A model generated the notes under the pieces. It ran no database searches, was not told the DNA's origin, and saw only the letters and a list, made by a program, of their open reading frames with translations. The position numbers and the translations under genes were made by a program. DNA of 64,000 nucleotides from Eledone cirrhosa (taxonomy: Eukaryota), in contig OZ024743.1 in assembly GCA_964016885.1 (NCBI GenBank), positions 129,208,001 through 129,272,000 on the forward strand. Reading direction: 5' to 3'. Positions within the stretch are counted from its first letter, which is position 1, and each line of letters starts with the position of its first letter. Below are positions 25,571 through 41,649 of this stretch, in pieces.

Positions 25571-28500
25571 CACCAATCACCAAACACAAAACACCAAGTA
25601 CCAAGCACCAAACACCAAACACCAAACACCAAGCACCAAGCACCAAACACCAAGCACCAAGCACCAAGCACCAAACAACAAGCACCAAGTACCAAGTACC
25701 TAACACCAAGCACCAAGCACCAAACACCAAACGTCTAGCACCAAGCACCAAACACCAAGCACCAAGCACAAAGCACCAAAAGCCAAGCACCAAGCACCAA
25801 GCACCAAACACCAAACAGCAAGCACCAAGTACCACACATCAAACACCGAGCACCAAACACCAAACACCAGGCCCAAACACCAAGCACCAATCACCAAGCA
25901 CCAAGCACCAAGCAACAAACACAAAGCACCAATCACCAAGCACCGAGCACCAAGCACCAAGCACCAAGCACCAAACACCAAGCACCAAACACCAAACACC
26001 AAGCACCAAGCACCAATCACCAAACACCAAGCACCAAGCACCAAACACCAAACAGCAAGCACCAAGCACCAAACACCAAACACCAAGTACCAAGCACAAA
26101 GCACCAAACACCAAGCACCAAGCAACAAGCACCAAACACCAAACACCAAGCACCAAGCACGAAACACGAAACACCAAGTACCAAGCACAAAGCAAAAAAA
26201 CCAAGCACCAAGCACCAAGCACCAAACACCAAACACCAAACAGCAAACAGCAAACACCAAACACCAAACACTAAACACCAAACAGCAAACACCAAACACC
26301 AAACACCAAATACAAAACACCAAACAGCAAACAGCAAACACCAAACAGCAAACACCAAACACCAAACAGCAAACACCAAACAGCAAACACCAAACACCAA
26401 ACAGAAAATGCCAAACATCAAATGACAAACACCAAACGCCAAGCACCAAGCACCAAGCACCAAGCACAAAGCACCAAGCACCAAACACCAAGCACCAAGC
26501 ACCAATCACCAAACACCAAGCACCACGCACACACCACAAAACACCAAACACCAAGCACCAAGCACCAAACCCCAAGCACCAGACACCAAGCACCAATCAA
26601 CAAACACCAAATACCAGGAACCAAGCACCAAACACCAAAAACCAAGCACCAAGCACAAAGCACCAAGCACCAACCACCAAATGCCAAACACCAAACACCA
26701 AGCACCAAGCACCAAACACCAAGCACCAAGCGCCAAAAACCAAACACCAAGCACCAAGCACCAAACACCAAGCACCAAGCCCCGAGCACCAAACACCAAG
26801 CACCAAGCACCAATCACCAAATACCAAGCACATAGCACCAAACACCAAACACCAAGCACCAAGCACCAAACACCAAACACCAAGCACCAAGCACCAAACA
26901 CCAAATACCAAGCACCAAGCACTAAACACCAAACACCAAGCACCAAGCACCAAGCACCAAGCACCAAACACCAAGCACCAATCACCAAACACCAAACACA
27001 AAACACCAAGTACCAAGCACCAAACACCAAACACCAAACACCAAGCACCAAGCACCAAACACCAAGCACCAAGCACCAAGCACCAAACAACAAGCACCAA
27101 GCACCAAGTAGCTAACACCAAGCACCAAGTACCAAACACCAAACGCCTAGCACCAAGCACCAAACACCAAGCACCAAGCACTAAACACCAAACACCAGGC
27201 CCAAACACCAAGCACCAAACACCAAGTACCAAGCACCAAGCAACAAACACAAAGCACCAATCACCAAGCACCAAATACCAAACACCAAGCACCACGCACC
27301 ACACATCAAACACCAAACACCACACACCAAAAACCAAACAGCAAACACCAAACAGCAAACACCAAACACCAAATAGCAAACACCAAACAGCAAACACCAA
27401 ACACCAAACAGCAAACACCAAACACCAAACACCAAACAGCAAGCACCAAGTACCAAACACCAAACAGCAAGCACCAAGCACCAAGCACCAAGCACCAAGC
27501 ACCAAACACCAAACACCAAGCACCAAGCACCAAGCACAAAACATCAAGCACCAAGCACCAAGAACCAAGCACCAAGCACCAAACACCAAGCACCAAGCAA
27601 GAAGCACCAAACACCAAGCCCCAAGCTCCAAGCACCAAACAACAAGAACCAAGCACCAAGCACCAAACACCAATCACCAAGCACCAAACACCAAGCACCA
27701 AGCACCAAGCACCAATCACCAAACACCAAAAACCAAGCACCAAGCACCAAGTGCCAAACACCAAATGCCAAACACCAAACACCACGCACCAGGCACCAAA
27801 CACCAAGCACCAAGCGCCAAAGACCAAACACCAAGCACCAAGCACCAAGCACCAAACACTAAACAGCAAACACCAAACAGCAAACACCAAACACCAAACA
27901 CGAACTAGCAAACATCAAGCACCAAACACCAAACAGCAAACGCCAAACATCAAACGCCGAACACCAAACGCCAAACCGCAAACACCAAGCACCAAGCACC
28001 AAACACCAATCACCAAGCATCAAACACCATGCACCAAGCACCAATCACCAAGCACCAAGCACCAAGCACCAAGCACCAAGCATCAAACACCAAGCACCTA
28101 GCACCAAGTACAAACACCAAGCACCAAACACCAAGAACCAGATACCAAGCACCAAGCACCAAGCACCAAGCACCAAACACCAAACACCAAGCACCAAGCA
28201 CCAAGCACCAAGCACCAAACACCAAACACCAAACAGCAAACACAAAACACCAAATAGCAAACACCAATCACCAAACAGCAAACACCAAACACCAAACACC
28301 AAACAGCAAACACCAAACAACAAATAGCAAACAGCAAACAGCAAACAGCAAACACCAAACACCAAGCACCAAGCACCAAACACCAAGCACCAAACACCAA
28401 GCACCAAGCCCCAAGCACCAAACAGCAAACACCAAACACCAAGCACCAAGCACCAAACACCAAGCACCAAACACCAAACACCAAGCATCAAGCACCAAAC

Positions 28501-28699
28501 AGCAAACACCAAGCACCAAGCACCAAACACCAAGCACCAAGCCCCAAGCACCAAACAGCAAACACCAAGCACCAAACACCAAACACCAAGCACCAAGCAC
28601 CAAACACCAAACACCAAGCACCAAGCACCAGACACCAAACACCAAGTACCAAGCACCAAGCACCAAACACCAAGCACCAAGCACCAAGCACCAAGCACC

Positions 28700-31600
28700 A
28701 AACACCAAACACCAAACACCAAACAGCAAACACCAAACACCAAACATAAAATACAAAACACCAAACAGCAAACACCAAACAGCAAACACCAAACACAAAA
28801 ACAGCAAACACCAAACAGCAAACACCAAACACCAAACACCAAACAGAAAATGCCAAACATCAAACGACAAACACCAAACGCCAAGCACCAAGCACCAAGC
28901 ACCAAACACCAAGCACCACGCACCAAACACCAAATACCTAGCACCAAGAACCAAACACCAAGCACCAAGCACCAAACACCAAGCACCAAGCACCAAGCAC
29001 CAAGCACCAATTACCAAACACCAAGCATCAAGCACCACACATCAAACACCATGCACCAAGCACCAAACACCAAACACCAAAGACCAGGCACCAAGCACCA
29101 ATCACCAAGCACCAAGCACCAAGGAACAAACACCAAGCACCAAGCATCAAGCACCAAACAGCAAACACAAACAGCAAACACCAAACAGCAAACACCAAAC
29201 ACCAAACAGCAAACACCAAACACCAAACAGCAAACACCAAACAGCAAACAGCAAACACCAAACACCAAACACCAAACACCAAGCACCAAACACCAAGCAC
29301 CAAGCAACAAGCACCAATCACCAAGCACCAAGCACAAAACACCAAACACCAAGCACCAAGCACCAAACACCAAACACCAAACAGCGAGCACCAAACACCA
29401 ATCACCAAGCACCAAACACCAAACACCAAACACCAAACACCAAGCACCAAACACCAAAAACCAAGCACCAAGCACCAAGCACAAAGCACCAAGCACCAAA
29501 CACCAAACGCCAAACACCAAACACCAAGCACCAAGCACCAAACACCAAGCACCAAGCGCCAAAGACCAAACACCAAGCACCAAGCACTAAACACCAAACA
29601 CCAAGCACCAAGCACCAAGCACCAAGCACCAAACACCAAGCACCAAGCACCAAACACCAAACACAAAACACCAAGTAACAAGCACCAAACACCAAACACC
29701 AAACACCAAGCACCAAGCACCAAGCACCAAACACCAAACACCAAACACCAAGCACCAAGCACCAAACACCAAGTACCAAGCACCAAGCACCAAACATCAA
29801 GCATCAAGAACCAAGCACCAAACACAAAGCACCAAGCACCAAGCACCAAACACCTAGCACCAAGCACCAAACACCAAGCACCAAGCACCAAGCACCAAAC
29901 ACCAAGAACCAAGCACCAAGCACCAAGCACCAAATACCAAACACCAAGCACCAAGCACCACACATCAAACACCAAACACCACACACCAAACACCAAACAG
30001 CAAACACCAAATAGCAAACACCAAACAGCAAACACCAAACACCAAACACCAAACAGCAAACACCAAACACCAAACACCAAGCACCAAACACCAAACAGCA
30101 AGCACCAAGCACCAAGCACCAAGCAACAAGCACCAAGCACCAAACACCAAACACCAAGCACCAAGCACCAAGCACAAAACATCAAGCACCAAGCACCAAG
30201 AACCAAGCACCAAGCACCAAACACCAAACACCAAACACCAAACACCAAACACCAGACACCAAGCACCAAACACCAAACACCAAGCACCAAGAACCAAACA
30301 CCAAGCACCAAGCACCAAGCACCAAGCACCAAACACCAAGCACCAAGCAAGAAGCACCAAACATCAAGCCCCAAGCACCAAGCACCAAACAACAAGAACC
30401 AAGCACCAACAACCAAACACCAATCACCAAGCACCAAACACCAATCACCAAGCACCAAGCACCAATCACCAAACACCAAAAACCAAGCACCAAGCACCAA
30501 GTACCAAACACCAATTGCCAAACACCAAACACCAAGCACGTAGCACCAAGCACCAAGCACCAAACACCAAACACCAAACACCAATCACCAAACAGCAAAC
30601 ACCAAACACCAAACACCAAACAGCAAACAGCAAACACCAAACACCAAATAGCAAACACCAAACAGCAAACAGCAAACACCAAACACCAAGCACCAAGCAC
30701 CAAACACCAAGCACCAAACACCAAACACCAAGCATCAAGCACCAAACAGCAAACACCAAGCACCAAGCACCAAACACCAAGCACCAAGCCCCAAGCACCA
30801 AACATCAAAAACCAAGCACCAAACACCAAGCACCAAGCACCAAACACCAAGCACCAAACACCAAGCACCAAGCGCCAAACACCAAACACCAAGCACCAAG
30901 CACCAAACACCAAGCACCAAGCAAGAATCACCAAACACCAAGCACCAAGCACCAAACACCAAACACCAAGCACCAAGCACCAAAGACCAAACACCAAACA
31001 CCAAACAGCAAACACCAAACACCAAACATGAAATACAAAACACCAAACAGCAAACACCAAACAGCAAACACCAAACACAAAAACAGCAAACACCAAACAG
31101 CAAACACCAAACACCAAACACCAAACAGAAAATGCCAAACATCAAACGACAAACACCAAACGCCAAGCACCAAGCACCAAGCACCAAACACCAAGCACCA
31201 CGCACCAAACACCAAATACCTAGCACCAAGAACCAAACACCAAGCACCAAGCACCAAACACCAAGCACCAAGCACCAAGCACAAAGCACCAAATACCAAA
31301 GACCAAGCATCAAGCACCACACATCAAACACCAAGCACCAAGCACCAAACACCAAACACCAAAGACCAGGCACCAAGCACCAATCACCAAGCACCAAGCA
31401 CCAAGGAACAAACACCAAGCACCAAGCACCAAGCACCAAACAGCAAACACAAACAGCAAACACCAAACAGCAAACACCAAACACCAAACAGCAAACACCA
31501 AACACCAAACAGCAAACACCAAACACCAAACAGCAAACACCAAACAGCAAACACCAAACAGCAAACAGCAAACACCAAACACCAAACACCAAACACCAAG

Positions 31601-32000
31601 CACCAAACACCAAGCACCAAGCAACAAGCACCAATCACCAAGCACCAAGCACCAAACACCAATCACCAAGCACCAAGCACCAAACACCAAACACCAAACA
31701 GCGAGCACCAAACACCAATCACCAAGCACCAAACACCAAACACCAAACACCAAACGCCAAACACCAAACACCAAGCACCAAGCACCAAACACCAAGCACC
31801 AAGCGCCAAAGACCAAACACCAAGCACCAAGCACTAAACACCAAACACCAAGCACCAAGCACCAAGCACCAAGCACCAAACACCAAGCACCAAGCACCAA
31901 GCACCAAACACCAAACACAAAACACCAAGTAACAAGCACCAAAAACCAAACACCAAACACCAAGCACCAAGCACCAAGCACCAAACACCAAGTACCAAGC
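28700..32000 (+). repeat. Duplicated module, offset 2282 bp (326 units)
   Basis: CAGAAAATGCC at 28844/31126, followed in both copies by TACCTAG, AAGACCAGG, AAGGAACAAA, CAGCGAG and AAGTAACAAG in the same order. Confidence 0.8.
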
Positions 32001-35000
32001 ATCAAGCACCAAACACCAAACACCAAGCACCAAACACCAAACACCAAGCACCAAGCACCAAACACCTAACACCAACCACCAAACACCAACCACCAAACAC
32101 CAAGCACCAAGGACCAAGCACCAAGCACCAAGCACCAAACACCAAGCACCAAACACCAAGCACCAAGCACCAAGCACCAAGTACAAACACCAAGCACCAA
32201 GCACCAAACACCAAGCACCAAGCATCAAACACCAAACACCAAACACCAAGCACCAAGCACCAAGCATCAAACACCAAGCATATAACACCAAACACCAAGC
32301 ACCAAGCACCGAACACCAAGAACCAAGCACCAAGCACCAAGTACAAACACCAATCACCAAGCACCAAACACCAAGCACCAAACACCAAGCACCAAGCACC
32401 AAGCACCAAGCATCAAACACCAAACACCAAGCACCAAGCATCAAACACCAAACACCAAGCACCAAACACCAAGCACAAATCACCATGCATCAAACACCAA
32501 GCAGCCAGCAGCAAGCACCAAACACCAAACACCAAACACCAAGCACCAAAAACCAAACACCAAGCACCAAGCACCAAACACCAAGCACCAAGCACCAAAC
32601 ACCAAGCACCAAGCACCAAGCACCAAGCACCAATCACCAAACACCAAGCACCAAGCATCAAACACCAAACACCAAGCACCAAACACCAAGCACCAATCAT
32701 CATGCATCAAACACCAAGCAGCCAGCAGCAAGCACCAAACACCAAACACCAAGCACCAAGCACCAAAAACCAAACACCAAGCACGAAGCACCAAACACCA
32801 AGCACCAAGCACCAAACACCAAACACCAAGCACCAAGCACCAAACACCAAGCACCAAAGACCAAGCACCAAGCACCAAACACCAAGCCCCCAGCACCAAA
32901 CACCAAGCACCCAGCACCAAACACCAAGCACCAAACACCAACCACCCAGCACCAAGCACCAAACACCAAGCACCAAACACCAAGCACCAAACACCAAACA
33001 CCAAACACCAAGCACCAAACACCAAACACCAAGCACCAGACACCAAGCACCAAACACGAACCACCAAACACCAAGCACCAAGCACCAAACACCAAACACC
33101 AAACACCAAACACCAAACACCAAGCACCAAAAACCAAACACCAAGCACCAGACACCAAGCACCAAACACCAAACACCAAGCACCAAACACCAAACACCAA
33201 GCACCAAACACCAAACACCAAACACCAAGCACCAAGCACCAAACACCAAGCACCAAAGACCAAACACCAAACAGCAAACACCAAACACCATACAGCAAAC
33301 ACTGAACACCAAAAAGCAGACACCAAACAGCAAACACCAAACAGCAAACACCAAACACCAAACAGCAAACACCAAACACCAAGCACCAAACACCAAGGAC
33401 CAAGCACCAAACACCTAACACCAAGCACCAAGCACCAAGCACCAAACACCAAGCACCAAACACCAAACATCAAGCACCAAGCACCAAGTACCAAACACCA
33501 AGAACCAAGAACCAAACACCAAGCACCAAGCACCAAGTACAAACACCAAGCACCAAACACAAAACACCAAGCACCAAGCACCAAGCATCAAGCACCAAGC
33601 AGCAAACACCAAACACCAAGCACCAAGCACCAAACACAAAGCACCCAGCACCAAACACCAAGGACCAAGCACCAAGCACCAAAAACCAAACACCAAACAC
33701 AAAACACAAAGCACCAAGCACCAAACACCAAACTCCAAGCACCAAGCACCAAGCACCAAACACCAAACACCAAGCACCAAGCACCAAGCACCAAGCACCA
33801 AACACCAAGCACCAAGCACCAAACACCAAACGCCAAACACCAAACACCAAGAACCAAGAACCAAACACCAAGCACCAAGTACAAACACCAAGCACCAAGC
33901 ACCAAGCACCAAACACCAAGCACCAAGCACCAAACACAAAACACCAAGTACCAAGCACCAAGCATCAAACACCAAGCAGCAAACACCAAACACCAAGCAC
34001 CAAGCACCAAGCACCAAACACAATGCACCCAGCACCAAACACCAAGGACCAAGCACCAAGCACCAAGCACCAAAAACCAAACACGAAACACGAAACACCA
34101 AGCACCAAGCACCAAACACCAAACTCCAAGCACCAAGCACCAAACACCAAACACCAAGCACCAAGCACCAAGCACCAGGCACCAAACACCAAGCACCAAA
34201 CACCAACCACCCAGCACCAAGCACCAAACACCAAGCACCAAACACCAAGCACCAAACACCAAACACCAAACACCAAGCACCAAACACCAAACACCAAGCA
34301 CCAGACACCAAGCACCAAACACGAACCACCAAACACCAAGCACCAAGCACAAAACAGCAAACACCAAACAACAAACACCAAACACCAAACAGCAAACACC
34401 AAACAGCAAACACCAAGCACCAAGCACCAAACACCAAACACCAAACACCAAGCACCAGGCACCACACACCAAGCACCAAGCACCAAACACCAAGCACCTA
34501 GCACCAAACACTAAGCACCAAGCACCAAACACTAAGCACCAAGCACCAAACACCAAGCACCAAGCACCAAACACCAAGCACCAAGCACCAAGCACCAAAC
34601 ACCAAACACCAAGCACCAAAGACCAAGCACCAAGCACCAAACACCAAGCACCCAGCACCAAACACCAAGCACTAAACACCAACCACCCAGCACCAAGCAC
34701 CAAACACCAAGCATCAAGCACCTAACACCAAACACCAAACACCAAGCACCAAGCACCCAGCACCAAACACCAATCACCTAGCACCAAACACCAAACACCA
34801 AGCACAAAACACCAAGCACCAATCACCAAGCATCAAACACCAAGCAGCCAGCAGCAAGCACCAAACACCAAACACCAAGCACCAACCACCAAAAACCAAA
34901 CACCAAGCACCAAGCACCAAACACCTAACACCAAGCACCAAGCACCAAGTACCAAGCACCAAACACCAAGCACCAAACACCAAACATCAAGCACCAAGCA

Positions 35001-38000
35001 CCAAGTACCAAACACCAAGAACCAAGAACCAAACACCAAGCACCAAGCACCAAGTACAAACACCAAGTACCAAGCACCAAGCACCAAACACCAAGAACCA
35101 AGCACCAAAAATAAAACACCAAGCACCAAGCACCAAGCATCAAACACCAAGCAGCAAACACCAAACACCAAGCACCAAGCACAAAACACAAAGCACCCAG
35201 CACCAAACACCAAGGACCAAGCACCAAGCACCAAAAACCAAACACCAAACACAAAATACAAAGCACCAAGCACCAAACACCAAACTCCAAGCACCAAGCA
35301 CCAAGCACCAAACACCAAACACCAAGCACCAAGCACCAAGCACCAGGCACCAAACACCAAGCACCAAGCACCAAACACCAAGCACCAAGCACCAAACACC
35401 AAACGCCAAACACCAAACACCAAGAACCAAGAACCAAACACCAATCACCAAGCACCAAGTACAAACACCAAGCACCAAGCACCAAGCACCAAACACCAAG
35501 CACCAAGCACCAAACACAAAACACCAACCACCAAGCACCAAGCATCAAACACCAAGCAGCAAACACCAAACACCAAGCACCAAGCACCAAGCACCAAACA
35601 CAATGCACCCAGCACCAAACACCAAGGACCAAGCACCAAGCACCAGGCACCAAAAACCAAACACGAAACACGAAACACCAAGCACCAAGCACCAAACACC
35701 AAACTCCAAGCACCAAGCACCAAACACCAAACACCAAGCACCAAGCACCAAGCACCAGGCACCAAACACCAAGCACCAAGCAGCAAACACCAAGCAACAA
35801 GCACCAAACACCAAACACCAAACACCAAACACCAAACAACATACAGCAAACACCAAACACCAAAAAGCAAACACCAAACACCAAACAGCAAACACCAAAC
35901 AACAAACACCAAACAACAAACACCAAACAGCAAACAGCAAACACCAAACACCAAGCACCAAACACTAAGCACCAAGCACCAAACACCAAGCACCAAGCAC
36001 CAAACACCAAGCACCAAGCACCAAGCACCAAACACCAAACACCAAGCACCAAAGACCAAGCACCAAGCACCAAACACCAAGCACCCAGCACCAAACACCA
36101 AGCACTAAACACCAACCACCCAGCACCAAGCACCAAACACCAAGCACCAAGCACCTAAAACCAAACACCAAACACCAAGCACCAAGCACCAAGCACCAAA
36201 CACCAAGCACCTAGCACCAAACACCAAACACCAAGCACAAAACACCAAGCACCAATCACCAAGCATCAAACACCAAGCAGCCAGCAGCAAGCACCAAACA
36301 CCAAACACCAAGCACCAAGCACCAAAAACCAAACACCAAGCACCAAGCACCAAACACCTAACACGAAGCACCAAGCACCAAGTACCAAGCACCAAACACC
36401 AAGCACCAAACACCAAGCACCAAACACCAAGAACCAAACACCAAACACCAAGCACCAAACACCTAACACCAAACACCAAGCACCAAACACCAAGCACCAA
36501 ACACCAAACACCAAGCACCAAGCACCAAACACCTAACACCAAGCACCAAACACCAAGCACTAAGCACCAAGCACCAAGCACCAAACACCAAGCACCAAAC
36601 ACCAAGCACCAAACACCAAGCACCAAGCACCAAACACCAAGCACCAAGCACCAAACACCAAGAACCAAGCACCAAGCACCAAGTACAAACACCAAGCACC
36701 AAGCACCAAACACCAAGCACCAAGCACCAAGCATCAAACACCAAGCACCAAACACCAAGCACCAAGCACCAAGCATCAAACACCAAGCATATAACACCAA
36801 ACACCAAACACCAAGCACCAAACACCAAACACCAAGAACCAAACACCAAGAACCAAGCACCAAGCACCAAGTACAAACACCAAGCACCAAGCACCAAACA
36901 CCAAGCACCAAGCACCAAGCATCAAACACCAAGCACCAAACACCAAGCACCAAGCACCAAGCATCAAACACCAAGCATATAACACCAAACACCAAACACC
37001 AAGCACCAAACACCAAACACCAAGCACCAAGCACCAAACACCTAACACCAAGCACCAAACACCAAGCACCAAACACCAAGCACCAAGCACCAAGCACCAA
37101 ACACCAAGCACCAAACACCAAGCACCAAACACCAAGCACCAAGCACCAAACACCAAGCACCAAGCACCAAACACCAAACACCTAGCACCAAACACCAAAC
37201 ACCAAGCACCAATCACCAAGCACCAAACACCAAGCAGCCAGCAGCAAGCACCAAACACCAAGCACCAAGCACCAAAAACCAGACACCAAGCACCAAGCAC
37301 CAAACACCTAACACCAAGCACCAAGCACCAAGTACCAAGCACCAAACACCAAGCACCAAACACCAAACACCAAGCACCAAGCACCAAGCACCAAGCACCA
37401 AACACCAAGCACCAAACACCAAGCACCAAACACCAAGCACCAAGCACCAAGCACCCAGCACCAAACACCAAACACCAAGCACCAAGCACCAAGCATCAAA
37501 CACCAAGCACCAAACACCAAACACCAAGCACCAAGCACCAAGCATCAAACACCATGCATATAAGACCAAACACCAAGCACCAAGCACCCAGCACCAAACA
37601 CCAAGCAGCAAGCACCAAGCAAAAAGCACCAAACACCAAGCACCAAACACCAAACACCAAGCACCAAACACCAAACACCAAGCACCAAGCACCAAACACG
37701 TAACACCAAGCACCAAACACCAAGCACCAAACACCAACCACCAAACACCAAGCACCAAGCACCAAGCACCAAACACCAAGCACCAAACACCAAGCACCAA
37801 ACACCTAACACCAAGCACCAAGCACCAAGTACCAAGCACCAAACACCAAGCACCAAACACCAAACACAAAGCACCAAACACCAAACACCAAGCACCAAGC
37901 ACCAAACACCTAACACCAACCACCAAACACCAACCACCAAACACCAAGCACCAAGGACCAAGCACCAAGCACCAAGCACCAAATACCAAGCACCAAACAC

Positions 38001-39283
38001 CAAGCACCAAGCACCAAGCACCAAGTACAAACACCAAGCACCAAGCACCAAACACCAAGCACCAAGCATCAAACACCAAACACCAAACACCAAGCACCAA
38101 GCACCAAGCACCAAGCATCAAACACCAAGCATATAACACCAAACACCAAGCACCAAGCACCAAATACCAAGAACCAAGCACCAAGCACCAAGTAGAAACA
38201 CCAATCACCAAGCACCAAACACCAAGCACCAAACACCAAGCACCAAGCACCAAGCACCAAGCACCAAGCATCAAACACCAAACACCAAGCACCAAGCATC
38301 AAACACCAAACACCAAGCACCAAACACCAAGCACAAATCACCATGCATCAAACACCAAGCAGCCAGCAGCAAGCACCAAACACCAAACACCAAACACCAA
38401 GCACCAAAAACCAAACACCAAGCACCAAGCACCAAACACCAAGCACCAAGCACCAAACACCAAGCACCAAGCACCAAACACAAAGCACCAAAGACCAAGC
38501 ACCAAGCACCAAACACCAAGCACCCAACACCAAACACCAAGGACCAAGCACCAAGCACCAAGCACCAAATCCCAAACACGAAACACGAAATACCAAGCAC
38601 CAAGCACCAAACACCAAACTCCAAGCACCAAGCACCAAACACCAAACACCAAGCACCAAGCACCAAGCACCAGGCACCAAACACCAAGCACCAAGCAGCC
38701 AGCAGCAAACACCAAGCACCAAACACCAAACACCAAACACCAAACAGCAAACAACATACAGCAAACACCAAACACCAAAAAGCAAACACCAAACACCAAA
38801 CAGCAAACACCAAACAACAAACACCAAACAACAAACACCAAACAGCAAACAGCAAACACCAAACAACAAGCACCAAGCACCAAACACCAAACACCAAACA
38901 CCAAGCACCAGGCACCAAACACCAAGCACCAAGCACCAAACACCAAGCACCTAGCACCAAACACTAAGCACCAAGCACCAAACACTAAGCACCAAGCACC
39001 AAACACCAAGCACCAAGCACCAAACACCAAGCACCAAGCACCAAGCACCAAACACCAAACACCAAGCACCAAAGACCAAGCACCAACCACCAAACACCAA
39101 GCACCCAGCACCAAACACCAAGCACTAAACACCAACCTCTCAGCACCAAGCACCAAACACCAAGCACAAAACACCAAGCACCAATCACCAAGCATCAAAC
39201 ACCAAGCAGCCAGCAGCAAGCACCAAACACCAAACACCAAGCACCAAGCACCAAAAACCAAACACCAAGCACCAAGCACCAAA

Positions 39284-41430
39284 CACCTAACCCCAAGCAC
39301 CAAGCACCAAGTACCAAGCACCAAACACCAAGCACCAAACACCAAACATCAAGCACCAAGCACCAAGTACCAAACACCAAGAACCAAGAACCAAACACCA
39401 AGCACCAAGCACCAAGTACAAACACCAAGTACCAAGCACCAAGCACCAAACACCAAGAACCAAGCACCAAACACAAAACACCAAGCACCAAGCACCAAGC
39501 ATCAAACACCAAGCAGCAAACACCAAACACCAAGCACCAAGCACAAAACACAAAGCACCCAGCACCAAACACCAATGACCAAGCACCAAGCACCAAAAAC
39601 CAAACACCAAACACAAAACACAAATCACCAAGCACCAAACACCAAACTCCAAGCACCAAGCACCAAGCACCAAACACCAAACACCAAGCACCAAGCACCA
39701 AGCACCAGGCACCAAACACCAAGCACCAAGCACCAAACACCAAGCACCAAGCACCAAACACCAAACGCCAAACACCAAACACCAAGAACCAAGAACCAAA
39801 CACCAAGCACCAAGCACCAGGCACCAAACACCAAGCACCAAGCACCAAACACAAAACACCAACCACCAAGCACCAAGCATCAAACACCAAGCAGCAAACA
39901 CCAAACACCAAGCACCAAGCACCAAGCACCAAACACAATGCACCCAGCACCAAACACCAAGGACCAAGCACCAAGCACCAAGCACCAAAAACCAAACACG
40001 AAACACGAAACACCAAGCACCAAGCACCAAACACCAAACTCCAAGCACCAAGCACCAAACACTAAACACCAAGCACCAAGCACCAAGCACCAGGCACCAA
40101 ACATCAAGCACCAAGCACCAAACACCAAGCAACAAGCACCAAACACCAAACACCAAACACCAAACACCAAACAACATACAGCAAACACCAAACACCAAAA
40201 AGCAAACACCAAACACCAAACAGCAAACACCAAACAACAAACACCAAACAACAAACACCAAACAGCAAACAGCAAACACCAAACACCAAGCACCAAGCAC
40301 CAAACACTAAGCACTAAACACCAAGCACCAAGCACCAAACACCAAACACTAAGCACCAAGCACCAAACACTAAGCACCAAGCACCAAACACCAAGCACCA
40401 AGCACCAAACACCAAGCACCAAGCACCAAGCACCAAACACCAAACACCAAGCACCAAAGACCAAGCACCAAGCACCAAACACCAAGCACCCAGCACCAAA
40501 CACCAAGCACTAAACACCAACCACCCAGCACCAAGCACCAAACACCAAGCACCAAGCACCTAAAACCAAACACCAAACACCAAGCACCAAGCACCAAGCA
40601 CCAAACACCAAGCACCTAGCACCAAACACCAAACACCAAGCAACAAGCACCAAGCACCAAGCACCAAGCACCAAACACCAAGCACCTAGCACCAAACACC
40701 AAACACCAAGCACAAAACACCAAACACCTAACCCCAAGCACCAAACACCAAGTACCAAGCACCAAACACCAAGCACCAAACACCAAACATCAAGCACCAA
40801 GCACCAAGTACCAAACACCAAGAACCAAGAACCAAACACCAAGCACCAAGCACCAAGTACAAACACCAAGTACCAAGCACCAAGCACCAAACACCAAGAA
40901 CCAAGCACCAAACACAAAACACCAAGCACCAAGCACCAAGCATCAAACACCAAGCAGCAAACACCAAACACCAAGCACCAAGCACAAAACACAAAGCACC
41001 CAGCACCAAACACCAATGACCAAGCACCAAGCACCAAAAACCAAACACCAGACACAAAACACAAAGCACCAAGCACCAAACACCAAACTCCAAGCACCAA
41101 GCACCAAGCACCAAACACCAAACACCAAGCACCAAGCACCAAGCACCAGGCACCAAACACCAAGCACCAAGCACCAAACACCAAGCACCAAGCACCAAAC
41201 ACCAAACGCCAAACACCAAACACCAAGAACCAAGAACCAAACACCAAGCACCAAGCACCAAGCACCAAACACCAAGCACCAAGCACCAAACACAAAATAC
41301 CAACCACCAAGCACCAAGCATCAAACACCAAGCAGCAAACACCAAACACCAAGCACCAAGCACCAAGCACCAAACACAATGCACCCAGCACCAAACACCA
41401 AGGACCAAGCACCAAGCACCAAGCACCAAA
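39284..41430 (+). repeat. Duplicated module, offset 1441 bp; further copies at 53255 and 55438
   Basis: CACCTAACCCCAAG at 39284, 40725, 53255 and 55438, each followed by CCAATGACC and ACAATGCACCC. Confidence 0.8.
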
Positions 41431-41649
41431 AACCAAGCACCAAGCACCAAGCACCAGGCAACAAACACCAAGCACCAAGCACCAAACACCAAGCAACAAG
41501 CACCAAACACCAAACACCAAACACCAAACACCAAACACCAAACAACATACAGCAAACACCAAACACCAAAAAGCAAACACCAAACACCAAACAGCAAACA
41601 CCAAACAACAAACACCAAGCACCAAGCACCAAGCACCAAGCACCAAGCA

